Source: Halarcobacter sp.
Lineage (GTDB): Bacteria > Campylobacterota > Campylobacteria > Campylobacterales > Arcobacteraceae
Assembly: GCA_048571215.1 (NCBI GenBank)
Contig: CP182352.1
Coordinates: 2,208,001 to 2,272,000, forward strand
DNA length: 64,000 nt
Direction: 5' to 3'
The position numbers were made by a program, and so were the translations under genes. Shown here piece after piece: positions 50,395 to 62,606 of this stretch. How positions within the stretch are numbered: position 1 is the stretch's first letter; each line of letters starts with the position of its first letter. Under the pieces are notes generated by a model that saw only the letters and a list, made by a program, of their open reading frames with translations, made no database searches and was not told where the DNA came from.

Positions 50395-52920
50395 TTAATC
50401 TATTTTAATATCATTTTTTCCTTTAAACTCTTTTTCATTTGCACTTGCAACTACTTGTTTAGAAATTAAATCTGTTTGTTGGGCAATATTATTGGTATCT
50501 TGGGCAATATTTGCATTCTCTTGTGTTTGTTTATCTAAGCTAGCTATACTTTCATTTATTTGAGATATTCCTATTTGTTGCTCCTTAGAAGAATCAGAAA
50601 CTGCACCAATAAGCTCTATTGTATTATTTATATTTTTACTAAGACTAATATATCCTTCAATCATTGCATCTGAGATTTGTTTACCTTCATTTGCTTTGGT
50701 ATTGGCATTCTCTACTAAATCTTTTATCTCTTTTGCTGCCTCAGCACTTCTAGCTGCTAAGTTTCTTACTTCTTGTGCAACTACAGCAAAACCTTTACCC
50801 GCTTCTCCCGCTGTTGCAGCTTCAACTGCTGCATTTAAAGATAAGATATTAGTTTGAAATGAAATCTGGTCAATTACTGTAATTGCTTCATTTATTGCAC
50901 TTACTTGATTATGTATATCATCCATTGCTAAAGTTGTTTTTTGAGCTAACTCTTCACCACTTTTTACAGAAGAATCAAGCTCTTGTGAATAAGAATTCAT
51001 CTTTTGTACATTTTGATTATTTAAAATAATACTACTATTTATCTCTTCTATAGCAGCAGAAGTCTCTTCAATAGAAGCTGCAGCAGAATTTGTATTATTT
51101 GCTAAAACTTCAACACTTCTAATTAATTTATCTGAACTATCATCAAGTTTAAGTCCGTTTGTTTTATTTTCAATTAACATTTCAGTTATAGAATCCCCTA
51201 AAAGATTAACCCCATTAGCAAGCTTTAATAAATGCTCTCTTAAATCTTTTGAATCTACTTTTTGTAAATAATTGTATTTAGTATAAGTTTCTAATACTTT
51301 TAAAATATTATCAATATTTGCTTCTAAATTATTTCCCATATGGTTAATAACATTTTTCAATTCATTTAAAGAAGGATTATCAGAGTTTGCATCTATTCTT
51401 TGTGATAAATCTCCTTTTTCAAACTCAGATAAAACTTTTACTGTTTCATTTATAAGTTTTCTATCTTTTTCAATCCCTTCTTTTGTTTTATTGATATTTT
51501 TATTTACAACTTTTGACATTTGTCCAATTTCATCTTTTTTTGATTCATCTAAATAAACTACCTCATTTGTTTCATTATTTAAATATCTAAAAAATGACAT
51601 TAGTCCATTTTCAAAATCTTTTATTGGTTTAATAATAGAACTTCTTAAAATATATACTGAAATAAAGATTATTAAAACTAAAACTGCAAAAGAGATTAAG
51701 GCCAAAATTATATTTAATTTTATACTTCCTGCTAAAGCCTCTTCATCAGCTATTTCAGAAACTATAGCCCATTGTTTATCAAATACTTTAATTCCAGAAT
51801 ATGCACTTAAGTATTTTTTCCCATCATTGTTAACTATTATATTAGCACCAGTTTTATTTTTTAAAGCAGCCATTGTTGCTTCATTTTTAATCTCATACAA
51901 AGAGATACTTGTTTTAGAACTTTTAACATGTTTATTTTCAATTTTATTTAAATACCTGTGATTATTTCTCATTTTATAATCACTACCAACTAAAAATGAG
52001 TTTCCACTTTTTCCTAATCCTGCATTTTCATAGTTTCCATTAAAATTCATAATTGAATCAATTTTATCTATAGGAAATTGTATGATTAGATTACCAACTC
52101 TTCTATTTTGATTATTAAATACAGGAGTTGCTAAAAAAGAAGCTGGTGCATTGTAGCTTGGTTCATATGGTTCAAAATCAGAAAATGCAACTTCACCTTT
52201 TTTAAGCTTATATGCTGTTTTATTTACTTTAGCAATTGCACTATTTGAATATGGTCCACTAATTAAATTTGTTGCAAAATCTTTTTCTTTGAAAGTACTG
52301 TAAATAATTGTTCCTTTCAAATCAACAAGAAAAATATCATATAAAGAAAACTTTTCTAAAATAGTATTGAATGTTTCGTGAAATCTTGTATGTGCAAAGG
52401 CATAATTATTAAAAAAAGTATTTGATTGTTTTAATTTATTCTTTTCTCCAATTTTAGCCTTATTTTTTATAATATACATATATTGGGCTAAAATCCCATT
52501 ATCATTTTGTGGTAAGTATTTATCAGTTTGTTTTTTTGCTTCAATATTAGGCAAATTGAAATTTATTTTGTTTATATAAAATTCATTATAATGTTTTATA
52601 AGCTCATCTTTTACTTTTTGCATATCTACTTCAGAACTTGATTGTGCTGAGATAGTATAAAAACCTCTAATAAATTCATTAAAAGCATCTTGTGTAGAAG
52701 CAGAGTTTGCAGTTGAGATAATTAAACCCTCAATAGTTTTAAAGTATTCAGAAATATGTTGTTTTTTTGCTTCAGTTATAGATTTTAACTGAGTTAACTT
52801 TTCCTTTTCAGAATGTTTTATACTCTCACGTACACTAATTGATAAAATTACAACGGATAAGAATAATAAACTACCAATAATTAGTAACATTAACTTCATA
52901 TTTATACTAAGATTTTTCAC
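50395..52920 (-). CDS. methyl-accepting chemotaxis protein (Cache-type sensor, HAMP)
   Basis: [34 protein letters not shown]; two TM helices. Confidence 0.95.
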   Translation of the reverse strand: MKNLSINMKLMLLIIGSLLFLSVVILSISVRESIKHSEKEKLTQLKSITEAKKQHISEYFKTIEGLIISTANSASTQDAFNEFIRGFYTISAQSSSEVDMQKVKDELIKHYNEFYINKINFNLPNIEAKKQTDKYLPQNDNGILAQYMYIIKNKAKIGEKNKLKQSNTFFNNYAFAHTRFHETFNTILEKFSLYDIFLVDLKGTIIYSTFKEKDFATNLISGPYSNSAIAKVNKTAYKLKKGEVAFSDFEPYEPSYNAPASFLATPVFNNQNRRVGNLIIQFPIDKIDSIMNFNGNYENAGLGKSGNSFLVGSDYKMRNNHRYLNKIENKHVKSSKTSISLYEIKNEATMAALKNKTGANIIVNNDGKKYLSAYSGIKVFDKQWAIVSEIADEEALAGSIKLNIILALISFAVLVLIIFISVYILRSSIIKPIKDFENGLMSFFRYLNNETNEVVYLDESKKDEIGQMSKVVNKNINKTKEGIEKDRKLINETVKVLSEFEKGDLSQRIDANSDNPSLNELKNVINHMGNNLEANIDNILKVLETYTKYNYLQKVDSKDLREHLLKLANGVNLLGDSITEMLIENKTNGLKLDDSSDKLIRSVEVLANNTNSAAASIEETSAAIEEINSSIILNNQNVQKMNSYSQELDSSVKSGEELAQKTTLAMDDIHNQVSAINEAITVIDQISFQTNILSLNAAVEAATAGEAGKGFAVVAQEVRNLAARSAEAAKEIKDLVENANTKANEGKQISDAMIEGYISLSKNINNTIELIGAVSDSSKEQQIGISQINESIASLDKQTQENANIAQDTNNIAQQTDLISKQVVASANEKEFKGKNDIKID

Positions 52921-53167
52921 AATATTTTCCTACAAAAATTAATATTTTTGTATCTTACTAAAAGATAGTAGTGAAATAGTGTCAGTAATAACTTGGTAAA
53001 AATAGTTCTTAATTCTTTTAAATTTGTCCTCTTTTTATTATAGCTTTTTTGCTATTCATTCTCTAAGGTGTTAGTTTAGAACATAAAAAATAAACATTTG
53101 TCTAATTAAACTATTGCGTTTTTAAGTTACAATATTACTATATTTAAATTTTAATAAGGAGGGAATA

Positions 53168-53782
53168 ATGACATTGTATAGTATGTTAGCTTTCGCTGGT
53201 GCGATGTTTTTATTAGCAATCACTCCTGGACCTGGAGTGTTTGCAACAATTTCAAGAGCTTTAGCTTCAGGTTTTAATAATGCTGCTTTTGTAGTATTAG
53301 GTATTGTGTTAGGAGATATCATCTTCTTGCTTTTAGCAATTTTTGGTCTGAGTGCCATAGCTTCTGTTTTAGGTGATTTTTTTATAATAGTAAAATATTT
53401 AGGTGGAGCATATCTTTTATATCTTGGATATAAAATATTAACTTCAAAAGTTGATGAGACAAAAGTTAATGGTGTATATGAACTATCTTGGAAGAAAAAC
53501 TTTTTAGCCGGACTTTTAATAACTCTTGCTAACCCAAAAGTAATACTATTTTATTTGGGATTTTTACCAACATTTGTAAATCTTCAAACTTTAACAGCTA
53601 TTGATATAATAATTATTTCAACTATTGTAACTATTGTACTTGGTGGAGTAATGCTTGGATATGCGTATAGTGCAAGTGGCGCAAAAAAACTATTTAAAAG
53701 TAAAAGTGCAAAAAGAAAAATGAATGTAGTTGCAGGAACTACAATGTTAAGTGCTGGTGGCGTTCTTATTGCAAAAGCTTAG
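53168..53782 (+). CDS. LysE/RhtB-family exporter
   Basis: ITPGPG, KYLGGAYLLYLG, ANPKVILFY. Confidence 0.92.
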   Translation: MTLYSMLAFAGAMFLLAITPGPGVFATISRALASGFNNAAFVVLGIVLGDIIFLLLAIFGLSAIASVLGDFFIIVKYLGGAYLLYLGYKILTSKVDETKVNGVYELSWKKNFLAGLLITLANPKVILFYLGFLPTFVNLQTLTAIDIIIISTIVTIVLGGVMLGYAYSASGAKKLFKSKSAKRKMNVVAGTTMLSAGGVLIAKA

Positions 53783-54811
53783 ATTTAAAAGAAGGAGAGA
53801 CTTCTGCTATCAAAAAAAAGTGTCTTATAGACTTATATTTTTAATCTCTACTCTTTTATTTTTACTTTTTTATTTATACATCTTCATATGCTTTTATTAT
53901 TGATATATTTCTTTGTTGTTTTGGTATTTTCAAAGTATTTATTTAATTCTTTTTGTTTTATATTTAGTATTTTTAGTTCTACTTGCGAAATTGGTGTATT
54001 TAAAAACTCACTTAAAGTTTTTAAATCAAACTCTTGTAATAAAATTGAGTTATTGCAGCATGGGTAATATTTTTGAATTTTCTAAAGTATATTTATGTAA
54101 ATTTTTAAAATCTATTGCATATATAGAACAATTTAAACATAAAAAAAATAACTATCTTACAAGACATCATAAACACCACTTTCTTCTATAATTTTTTATA
54201 ACTATACAAAAAAAATGTCACATTTCATCACACCTGAGATACTTTATTAAATTTATCTGCTTTTGTTATAAATATAAACTTTATAATTATTAATAATATA
54301 TAAATGAGAAGTAAAATTATTTTTATTTTTTATCTCTTAACTTATCATTAAAAAAACTTACAGACAACTCTTTTGCATTTACTTTATAATCTCTTTCTTT
54401 CCTGTAAATACCAATTGTTTTCCACATTTAGGACATTTGTACAAACTTTCTTTTATTGAATAAAAATACATGCATGCCTTATAATGTTTTTCATATGGCA
54501 AATCATATGTACTACAAATGCATTTGTATTTATAAGTTTCATTAACATTAGTACTGATTTTATTTCCTTTTTATTTATAAGATTTTATAAATATAGTATT
54601 ATTATACAGAATTAAAATTATTTTTTTCTTTTTTTATATTATTTGTATGTTGACAATATAAAACTCTAATCTGTAATCTATTTACTAAAAAAATAATTAA
54701 GTTACTTTTTAATCAACTCATATATCTTGAATTGAAAATATTAAATATATATTTAAGTTATATCAAAAGCTACTTTGATATATTAATAATAACTAAAGTT
54801 GAGGAGCTATA

Positions 54812-55831
54812 ATGGGTTTAGAGTATAAAAATATAATTGAAAGTAAGTATCTACCTAATCTCTTTTTCTCTAAAGATAAAAAACAAAGACATATTGGAGT
54901 TGAGATTGAATACTCTAATTTAAACCTACAAAAAAGTGCAATGCTTGTAAAAGAGATTTTTGCAGGAGAAATTATAGAAAAAAACAAATATGAATTATGT
55001 TTAAAAGATAGTTCTTATGGGGATTTTAATTTTGAACTTGATGCACAACTTTTACAAAAAATGCAAAGTGATGGTTTATTTGAAAAACTAAATAAGCTTA
55101 TAGGGGATATTTCAGAGGATATTGATAAGCTTGTGGATAAAACATCTAGAAGATTTGTACCCTTTGAAATAGCGGCACCTCCTATTCCCATATGTGATTT
55201 ATATAAATTAGATAAAATGGTAGAATCTTTAAGACTAAATGGAGCCTTAGGTACTACTCACTCATTACACTATGCCTTTGGAGTTCATTTTAATGTAGAA
55301 CCACCAAGTCAAGATATCGAAGATGTATTAAAACTATTTAAATCTTTTTTAATTATACAAAAATGGATTGAGGCACAAAGTGAAGTTGATATAGCAAGAA
55401 AAATCTCACCTTTTATAAATGATTTTCCAAAAGATTATATTAAAAAGGTTATCTCTTTAGATTATAAGCCAACAAAAGAAGAGTTTACAGAAGACTATAT
55501 TAGCTTCAATCCAACTAGAAACCGTATTTTAGATATGCTTCCTCAACTTGCTTTTTGGGATGAAACAAAAGTTAGAAAGCATCTTCCTAAAGAAAAAATT
55601 AACCCAAGACCAACATACCATTATAGATTACCAAATAGTAAAATAGATCAATTTAGATGGAATCTATCCCAAGAGTTTCAGCTATGGGTTATAGTTGAAT
55701 TATTAGCATCAAATCAAGAACTGTTTACTGAGATGAGTAAACTATTTTTAGAGCAATTAAACTCAAGTATTTTTAATAAAAATGAATGGATAGAGATATG
55801 TCACAAAAAAATCCTAAACCTCTTGTCATAG
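54812..55831 (+). CDS. putative amidoligase (COOH-NH2 ligase family)
   Basis: IGVEIE, FEIAAPP, AFGVHFN, NPTRNR.LD, RPTYHYRLPN. Confidence 0.8.
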   Translation: MGLEYKNIIESKYLPNLFFSKDKKQRHIGVEIEYSNLNLQKSAMLVKEIFAGEIIEKNKYELCLKDSSYGDFNFELDAQLLQKMQSDGLFEKLNKLIGDISEDIDKLVDKTSRRFVPFEIAAPPIPICDLYKLDKMVESLRLNGALGTTHSLHYAFGVHFNVEPPSQDIEDVLKLFKSFLIIQKWIEAQSEVDIARKISPFINDFPKDYIKKVISLDYKPTKEEFTEDYISFNPTRNRILDMLPQLAFWDETKVRKHLPKEKINPRPTYHYRLPNSKIDQFRWNLSQEFQLWVIVELLASNQELFTEMSKLFLEQLNSSIFNKNEWIEICHKKILNLLS

Positions 55832-56481
55832 TAACAGGACCAAAAAAAGGTTTTATCTCTAGATATTTTATAAAATTTTGTATTTTTCTATCTGGTGGGA
55901 AAAGTAAAATAATCACTGAAAATAGTAAATTTAAAAATCTTGAAATGGATGCCTTGCTTATAAGTGGGGGAGATGATTTATATAATGCCTTTATAGATAA
56001 AGATACTTGTGAGATTGATGATATTATTACCTATGAGAGAGATGTTTTAGAATACAAACTATTATATAAAGCAATAGAGGAAAATAAACCTGTCTTTGGG
56101 ATTTGTAGAGGTTATCAACTAATAAATGTTTATTTTGGTGGAGATCTATATGAAGATATTAGAAATGATGGATACGATTATAGATATACCCCCTTTGCTT
56201 GGAAAAATATTTTTCTAAAAAAAGGTAGACAACTTAACTTTTTAACAAAACAAAGGGAGATAAAAATCAACACTCTTCACCATCAAGCTGTAAAAACAGT
56301 GCCAAAAAACTTTAAAATTGAAGCTATTGATAAAGATAATATCATTCAATCAATCTCAATGAAAACTAAAAAAAATTTAATCTTCGGTGTTCAATGGCAT
56401 CCCGAATATCTTTTTTTTATGAAAAGTCATCTAAAACTATTTAAAATGTTAGTAAATAGTGCAATAGAGACTAAAGTTTAG
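55786..56481 (+). CDS. class I glutamine amidotransferase / peptidase C26 (PuuD-like)
   Basis: ISGGDD, GICRGYQ, NTLHHQAV, GVQWHPE. Confidence 0.9.
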   Translation: MDRDMSQKNPKPLVIVTGPKKGFISRYFIKFCIFLSGGKSKIITENSKFKNLEMDALLISGGDDLYNAFIDKDTCEIDDIITYERDVLEYKLLYKAIEENKPVFGICRGYQLINVYFGGDLYEDIRNDGYDYRYTPFAWKNIFLKKGRQLNFLTKQREIKINTLHHQAVKTVPKNFKIEAIDKDNIIQSISMKTKKNLIFGVQWHPEYLFFMKSHLKLFKMLVNSAIETKV

Positions 56482-58027
56482 CCTCTACTCTTAAAGCTTT
56501 ATATAAACTATAACACATAAAAAGCAATACAATAGTAAAAGGTAATCCTGTAGTAATTGCCCCTGCTTGTAATGCAGACAGAGCTTCTTTACCACCTACA
56601 TAAAGTAATGCACCTGCAATGAGACCCTCCATAGAAGCCCAAAATATTCTTTGTGGAATTGGTGCATCTATTTTTCCTCCTGCAGTAATTGAATCGATTA
56701 CTAATGAACCTGAATCTGAACTAGTAACAAAAAATACTAGAACTAAGATTATCCCTAAAACAGAGATAAAAGAGGACATTGGTAGACTAGCAAACATTTG
56801 AAACATAGCTAAGGAAACATCTGAAATACCATTAGCCAACTCACCCACATGGTTTTGAACTTCTACTAATGCTGTTCCACCAAATGCTGACATCCAAAGC
56901 ATTGTAATAAGAGTTGGTATTATCAAAATCGCAATCATAAACTCTCTTACAGTTCTACCTTTAGAAACACGAGCTATAAACATCCCAACAAATGGTGACC
57001 AAGATATCCACCAAGCCCAATAAAAAACTGTCCAACCATGAAACCAAGCTTCATCTTCCCTACCTACAAAATTACTTAAAGGTATTATATTTCCAATATA
57101 GCTTGTAAATGTATGAAAAAATGTTGCAAATATATCTGTAGATATCCCTGCAATAATTACAAAAAATAATAAGACAACTGCAACTAACATATTTATATTA
57201 CTTAAAAGTTTTACTCCACCATCTATACCTCTAACTACTGAGAATATTGCAATAGCAGTAATAAATATAATAATCCCAATTTGAATATTAATAGTACTTC
57301 CAATACCAAATACATAATCCAATCCACTTGCTGCTTGTTGAGCACCTAATCCCAAAGAGGTAGCCAAACCAAAAATAGTTGCTAAAACTGCTAATAAATC
57401 AATAATATGACCAGGCCATCCCCAGATTTTTTCTTTTAATATAGGATAAAATGCTGATCTAATAGTAAGTGGTAACTTTTTGTTATAAGTAAAAAAAGCT
57501 AATGATAAAGCTACAACACCGTAAATAGCCCAAGGATGTATCCCCCAGTGATACATTGTTGCACCCATAGCTAAAGATGCAGCTTCAGGAGTATTTGGTT
57601 CAACACCTAAAGGAGTTTTATACCAAGCTGTATAATATGCAATTGGTTCTGCAACACTCCAGAACATTAGCCCGATTCCCATCCCTGCTGCAAAAAGCAT
57701 TGAGAACCATGAAACCCTTGAAAAATCTGGTTTTGCATCTTTTCCACCAAGTCTTACTTTTCCAACTGGTAAAAATATTAAAGATAAACAAAAAATAACA
57801 AAAAAGTTACCTGCTAACATAAATAACCAATCAAAATTATTGATTGTCCACCATTTAGCTCCATCTAAAACCTCTTTTGCACCAAAAGGAAACATTATAG
57901 TTCCAATAACAAAAAGTAAAATAAGTAATGCACTTAAAAAAAATACTGGATTATGAATATCCATACCTAATACTTCAATGTTATCTTGCCCTACTTCATA
58001 ATCTGTTTTATATGCTGTTCTACTAAT
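56471..58027 (-). CDS. BCCT-family transporter (likely ATT start at 58027; first ATG at 57964)
   Basis: SWFSMLFAAGMGIGL, HWGIHPW, WTVFYWAWWISWSPFVGMFIARVSKGRT. Confidence 0.93.
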   Translation of the reverse strand: MSRTAYKTDYEVGQDNIEVLGMDIHNPVFFLSALLILLFVIGTIMFPFGAKEVLDGAKWWTINNFDWLFMLAGNFFVIFCLSLIFLPVGKVRLGGKDAKPDFSRVSWFSMLFAAGMGIGLMFWSVAEPIAYYTAWYKTPLGVEPNTPEAASLAMGATMYHWGIHPWAIYGVVALSLAFFTYNKKLPLTIRSAFYPILKEKIWGWPGHIIDLLAVLATIFGLATSLGLGAQQAASGLDYVFGIGSTINIQIGIIIFITAIAIFSVVRGIDGGVKLLSNINMLVAVVLLFFVIIAGISTDIFATFFHTFTSYIGNIIPLSNFVGREDEAWFHGWTVFYWAWWISWSPFVGMFIARVSKGRTVREFMIAILIIPTLITMLWMSAFGGTALVEVQNHVGELANGISDVSLAMFQMFASLPMSSFISVLGIILVLVFFVTSSDSGSLVIDSITAGGKIDAPIPQRIFWASMEGLIAGALLYVGGKEALSALQAGAITTGLPFTIVLLFMCYSLYKALRVEAKL

Positions 58028-58295
58028 AATTTATCCTTTATAAAAAATTTATTTAATATTTTATCTTATTCTATGTTTATATTTAATATATAAGGTGTAT
58101 TTTTTTTACATGATATATGTAAAATTTATAACTATAGTGTGTTGTTTTTTATATATTTATGAAAAAATCATCCATTTGACTTAAAAAAAATAATATATTT
58201 ATTATTTATAGAATTATCGTAAAATCAATCATGATATTTATTTTTAATTTAATATTTAAAAAGTATAATTAGCAAAAAAATTCAGGCTTGGTAAG

Positions 58296-60197
58296 ATGTA
58301 TCGTTTAATATTTTCATTTGTTTTATTTTTTAACTTCCTATTTGCTTCAAGCTTGGAATCTCTACTAGAAGAATATGAAGATACCTCTAATAACTCATTA
58401 CAAACTCTAAATGAAAAAATGGGTCATGCAAGAATCTACTCACAAAAAGATTTAAGACTTATGCAATATGATAGATTAAGTGATATATTAAAAGAACTTC
58501 CTATTAATAATCTAAATAAAAGTACTTTTGGAACAAGCACCCTTTCACTTGCAGGAACAAAATCTCAAACTACAGGTTATTTTAGACTTTTTATAAATGA
58601 CCATGAGGTAAGTTCACCCCATACCCAATCTCCTTTTTTGAATTGGTTTGAAATACCAATTGAGTTAATAGATTATGTTGAGATCTATTATGGAGAGGGT
58701 TCTTTTACCTTAGGAAATGAAACAGGGGTTGAGTTTATAAGAGTTTATACAAAAAAAGCCTCAAAACAAAATGGTACTAATATAAAATCAACAATTACAA
58801 ATAAAAGTACAAACTCACAAGAAATTAGCCATTCAGAGCTATTTGAAAATGGTTGGTCATACCTTTTATATTATGCAAATCAAAATACTTTTTTCAATAG
58901 AACTTATAATAATAAAAAGCTTAATTCAAATAGCTCTCAACAATATTTATTTTTAGATGTTTCAGATTCAAAAAATAGTATAAATATCGCTTATACAACC
59001 TTAAATAAAGACAACTACAAAGGTTTGTCTTTTGATGCTAATTCAGATAGTGGTGAGATTGTTGCAGACCATTTTTATATAGATTATAATAGATATTTTT
59101 TAAATGATAAATCTTTAAAACTAAATCTTTCTGTGGATATACAAAATAGAGATTACGAAGAGAGTAATAATGAGGGAATAGCAGCTGGTAACATACTTAA
59201 TAGCTATTTAACAAGAAATATAAAAAACTATAGTGAAGATTTAAAATTTACAAAAATAAATGCCCAACTATCAAAAAACTTTAAAACTAAAAGAAACAAT
59301 CTATTTACTGCTATAAATATAAAAAATAAAAAATATAAAACAAATAGTAGAACTATAAATACAACACAAGTTGGACCCTTTAATAATTTTGATGAAGAAA
59401 CTATTTACTCTATTTTATTGCAAAATGACTATAAAGTTTTAGATAATTTGATTTTTATAGGTAATCTAAAAATTGATAAGTATCAAAGAAGTGGGTATAT
59501 GGAAGATAATACAAAAGTATTATATAGAATTGGTTCTATTTATCTTCCAAATAAAAATCTTGGATTTAAAACTTTTTATACTATAAGCCATATTCCACCC
59601 TCATTTTATAATACAGATTTTGTTTTTTCTTCAAAACCAAAGCTAAAAACACAAGAGTATAGATACTTTACAAGTGAAGGTGCTTATACTTTTGGTGATT
59701 CAAGATTAAGCTTAGAGTATTTTAATGTAAATATTGATGATTATATATATCTTGCATCACCAATAGGGTTTATAAATGTAGATCATACTATAAAAACTGA
59801 TGGTTTTATTTTTGATTATCTTTATAATTTAGATAGAAATAGTAAAATTGAAGTTAACTATTATGCAAGCCAACTAAGTGAAGTAAAAAGTAGCTATACA
59901 CAAGGTGGGTACTTTAAATATATGCAAGATTATGATAGATTTAGTTATTTCACATCATTAATTTATAGACATGGGTTTAAATATCAAGGATTAGATATAA
60001 AAAATAGTTTTAATCTAGCACTTGGTGCCACTTACAATTTTACAAAAAATTTTTCTTTGAGTTTGAAAGGGGAAAATCTTCTTAATAAATCAACTCAATC
60101 TATTTATTCTGATTCCCCTACTGTTGGTAGCTCTACACTATTTTTGCTAAATGATTATGATAGAAATATCTCATTTAGTCTAAAGTGGAGGTTCTAA
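58296..60197 (+). CDS. TonB-dependent receptor-like outer-membrane protein
   Basis: Signal peptide, plug-like region (IPIELIDYVEIY), GENLLN and C-terminal Phe. Confidence 0.8.
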   Translation: MYRLIFSFVLFFNFLFASSLESLLEEYEDTSNNSLQTLNEKMGHARIYSQKDLRLMQYDRLSDILKELPINNLNKSTFGTSTLSLAGTKSQTTGYFRLFINDHEVSSPHTQSPFLNWFEIPIELIDYVEIYYGEGSFTLGNETGVEFIRVYTKKASKQNGTNIKSTITNKSTNSQEISHSELFENGWSYLLYYANQNTFFNRTYNNKKLNSNSSQQYLFLDVSDSKNSINIAYTTLNKDNYKGLSFDANSDSGEIVADHFYIDYNRYFLNDKSLKLNLSVDIQNRDYEESNNEGIAAGNILNSYLTRNIKNYSEDLKFTKINAQLSKNFKTKRNNLFTAINIKNKKYKTNSRTINTTQVGPFNNFDEETIYSILLQNDYKVLDNLIFIGNLKIDKYQRSGYMEDNTKVLYRIGSIYLPNKNLGFKTFYTISHIPPSFYNTDFVFSSKPKLKTQEYRYFTSEGAYTFGDSRLSLEYFNVNIDDYIYLASPIGFINVDHTIKTDGFIFDYLYNLDRNSKIEVNYYASQLSEVKSSYTQGGYFKYMQDYDRFSYFTSLIYRHGFKYQGLDIKNSFNLALGATYNFTKNFSLSLKGENLLNKSTQSIYSDSPTVGSSTLFLLNDYDRNISFSLKWRF

Positions 60198-60655
60198 TGA
60201 AATTTTTATTTTTAACACCACTACTAACTTTTATGCTTTATGCACAAAACTATACCTACTTGATTGATGAGTATGATAAGGTGATAGATTTAGAAGCAAA
60301 GATTATTAGTAAAATCGCCAATGATATTGTAAAAAATGGTGAAATCAATCTATATATTCCAAATATAAAAAATCTTGATAAAAAGATCTATTCTACTAAG
60401 TTTAATCTTGTAGATAGTTGCAAAAAAGCAAATTTTGTATTTATAAAAAATAAAGATGACTTAGATAATTGTAAAAATATGAATAATAAACATTTTTTTA
60501 CAAATAACTATAAAATACTAATAAATGACCATAGATATATAGGAGCATTTTTCTGGAGTAAAAGTAGACCAAATATTGTATTAATCAAAAATAGATTAAA
60601 TAAAAAAAATATACAGTTATCAAAAGAATACGCTCAATTTATAGAAGATTTGTAA
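60185..60655 (+). CDS. periplasmic hypothetical protein (YfiR-like position)
   Basis: Signal peptide; IGAFFW.KSRPNI; lies between the receptor and the GGDEF-EAL gene. Confidence 0.65.
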   Translation: MEVLMKFLFLTPLLTFMLYAQNYTYLIDEYDKVIDLEAKIISKIANDIVKNGEINLYIPNIKNLDKKIYSTKFNLVDSCKKANFVFIKNKDDLDNCKNMNNKHFFTNNYKILINDHRYIGAFFWSKSRPNIVLIKNRLNKKNIQLSKEYAQFIEDL

Positions 60656-62553
60656 TGAAAAACAAATTTATTATAAAAAATCCTCTATACTTAATATTTT
60701 TTTCTATACTTATATCTATATGTTTATCTTTTTTACTTTATGGAACAATAAAACTTGAAAAAAAATTTGAAGATAAGATGTTAGATATTTCAACATCTGA
60801 TGTTATTTCAATCTCAAAAAATAGTTCTCAATCAATCTATAAACTACTTAAAAATAGCAAAAACTATGTAGAAGATATTAAAAAAGATAGTTCTTTACAT
60901 GAAAATATAGAAAAAAATTTAACTCTGCTTCTTACAAAAAATATCAAATATGCTTATTTACTTTACAAAGATAAAAAAGGTGTTTTTAGATTCTTAGCAG
61001 ATGGAGCTAAAGAGGACAAGGCATTTATAAACCAAAAGTTTGATATTGATAGTCCAAAATGGTTAAATATATTTGAAACTAAAAAACCTTTACTTATAAA
61101 ACAACCTTTATTGCATCAGTTATCTATTACATATCTAATTCCAATAATCCATAAAGATAAAGTAACACTTATCCTTGCAATAGATTTTTCTGTTGAAAAA
61201 GTTGAAGATATAAACCAAATTATCTCATCTATAAAATATGCAATTATTACAATCATATTTATTATTGTATTTTTTATAATTGCCCTGATAATCCAAACAA
61301 TAAAATACTTAACAGTCAAAAAAAATGCTTTTACAGACAAACTTACAAATGTTTATAATAGAAACTATCTTCAAGAATCAAAAGATTTTATAAACTTAAG
61401 TGATTATATACTTGTTGCTTTAGATATTGATTTTTTTAAAAAAATCAATGATACTTATGGTCATGATGTTGGAGATAAAGTATTAAGACAAATTGCAAAT
61501 ATATTACAAATAAATATTAGAAACAATGAAGATATTATAGTAAGATATGGTGGGGAAGAGTTTATTATACTACTTAGAAGCAAAAGAAATAGCCAACTTG
61601 ATGCACTTAATATATTAGAAAGAGTTTTTACTTCTATACAAGATGAAAACTTTATAATCTCAAAAAATGAATTTATAAATGTGACTGTATCTATTGGTGT
61701 AAACCTAACTCCTGGCAAGTCAAGAACCTTTCAAGATGCATTCAAATTAGCTGATATAGCACTATATAATGCAAAAAACAAAGGTAGAGATAGAATAGAG
61801 ATTTACTCAAGTGAACAAAATGAAAATCACTTTTTTATGTCAATAAATGATATAAAAAATGCCATTGATGAGAATAGAGTTATCTGCTACTATCAAAAAA
61901 TTTTAGATAATAAAACTAAAAATAGTTCACACTACGAAGCACTTCTTAGAATTGTTTCTAAATCTGGAGAGATAATTACACCAGATAAAATTTTACCTGT
62001 AATAAAAGGAACCTTTATCTCAAGAAATATCACCAAATGTGTTCTAGAAATCTGCTATAATAAATTGATGGAAAATAAAGATATATCTCTTAATGTAAAT
62101 TTAAATCCACAAGATGTTATTAATGATTCAATCTTAAGCATATTAAAAAACTATGCAAATGAGACAAATATTGCACAAAGACTTGGTTTAGAGATTATAG
62201 AAACTGAAGATATTATCAACTATAAAGGTGCGAAGCAAAATCTTCTTATGCTTAAAAATTTAGGCTATAAACTATTTATAGATGACTTTGGAAGTGGTTA
62301 TTCAAACTTTATTTATCTTACCGAAATAAAAACAGATTTTATTAAGATTGATGGAAATATAATAAGAAAAATTTTAGATGATAAAGTTTCATACTTAGTT
62401 GTAAAAAGTATAGTTAATTTTGCAAAAGAAGCTGATATAAAAGTTATAGCAGAATTTGTTAGCAATAAAGAGATATACGAAAAAGTTGAAAAGTTAGATA
62501 TTGAATATTCGCAAGGATACTATTTTCATAAGCCAGAAAAAGATTTAACCTAG
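60655..62553 (+). CDS. membrane GGDEF-EAL c-di-GMP enzyme
   Basis: DIDFFKKINDTYGHDVGD, RYGGEEF, EALLR, IDDFGSGYS, QGYYF. Confidence 0.95.
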   Translation: MKNKFIIKNPLYLIFFSILISICLSFLLYGTIKLEKKFEDKMLDISTSDVISISKNSSQSIYKLLKNSKNYVEDIKKDSSLHENIEKNLTLLLTKNIKYAYLLYKDKKGVFRFLADGAKEDKAFINQKFDIDSPKWLNIFETKKPLLIKQPLLHQLSITYLIPIIHKDKVTLILAIDFSVEKVEDINQIISSIKYAIITIIFIIVFFIIALIIQTIKYLTVKKNAFTDKLTNVYNRNYLQESKDFINLSDYILVALDIDFFKKINDTYGHDVGDKVLRQIANILQINIRNNEDIIVRYGGEEFIILLRSKRNSQLDALNILERVFTSIQDENFIISKNEFINVTVSIGVNLTPGKSRTFQDAFKLADIALYNAKNKGRDRIEIYSSEQNENHFFMSINDIKNAIDENRVICYYQKILDNKTKNSSHYEALLRIVSKSGEIITPDKILPVIKGTFISRNITKCVLEICYNKLMENKDISLNVNLNPQDVINDSILSILKNYANETNIAQRLGLEIIETEDIINYKGAKQNLLMLKNLGYKLFIDDFGSGYSNFIYLTEIKTDFIKIDGNIIRKILDDKVSYLVVKSIVNFAKEADIKVIAEFVSNKEIYEKVEKLDIEYSQGYYFHKPEKDLT

Positions 62554-62606
62554 ATTTTTAACAAAAAATGTTAAAAAACAATTATATAAAAATCAAAAGG
62601 AAATTT

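Noticed and set aside
53913..54191. 92-aa TTG-started ORF
   Set aside because: Low-complexity AT-rich sequence with no RBS or recognisable motif.
54378..54550. Minus-strand Cys-rich fragment (YKCIC...YKCPKCGKQL), SprT zinc-ribbon-like
   Set aside because: Short, split across frames and lacks a clear start; at most a decayed remnant.
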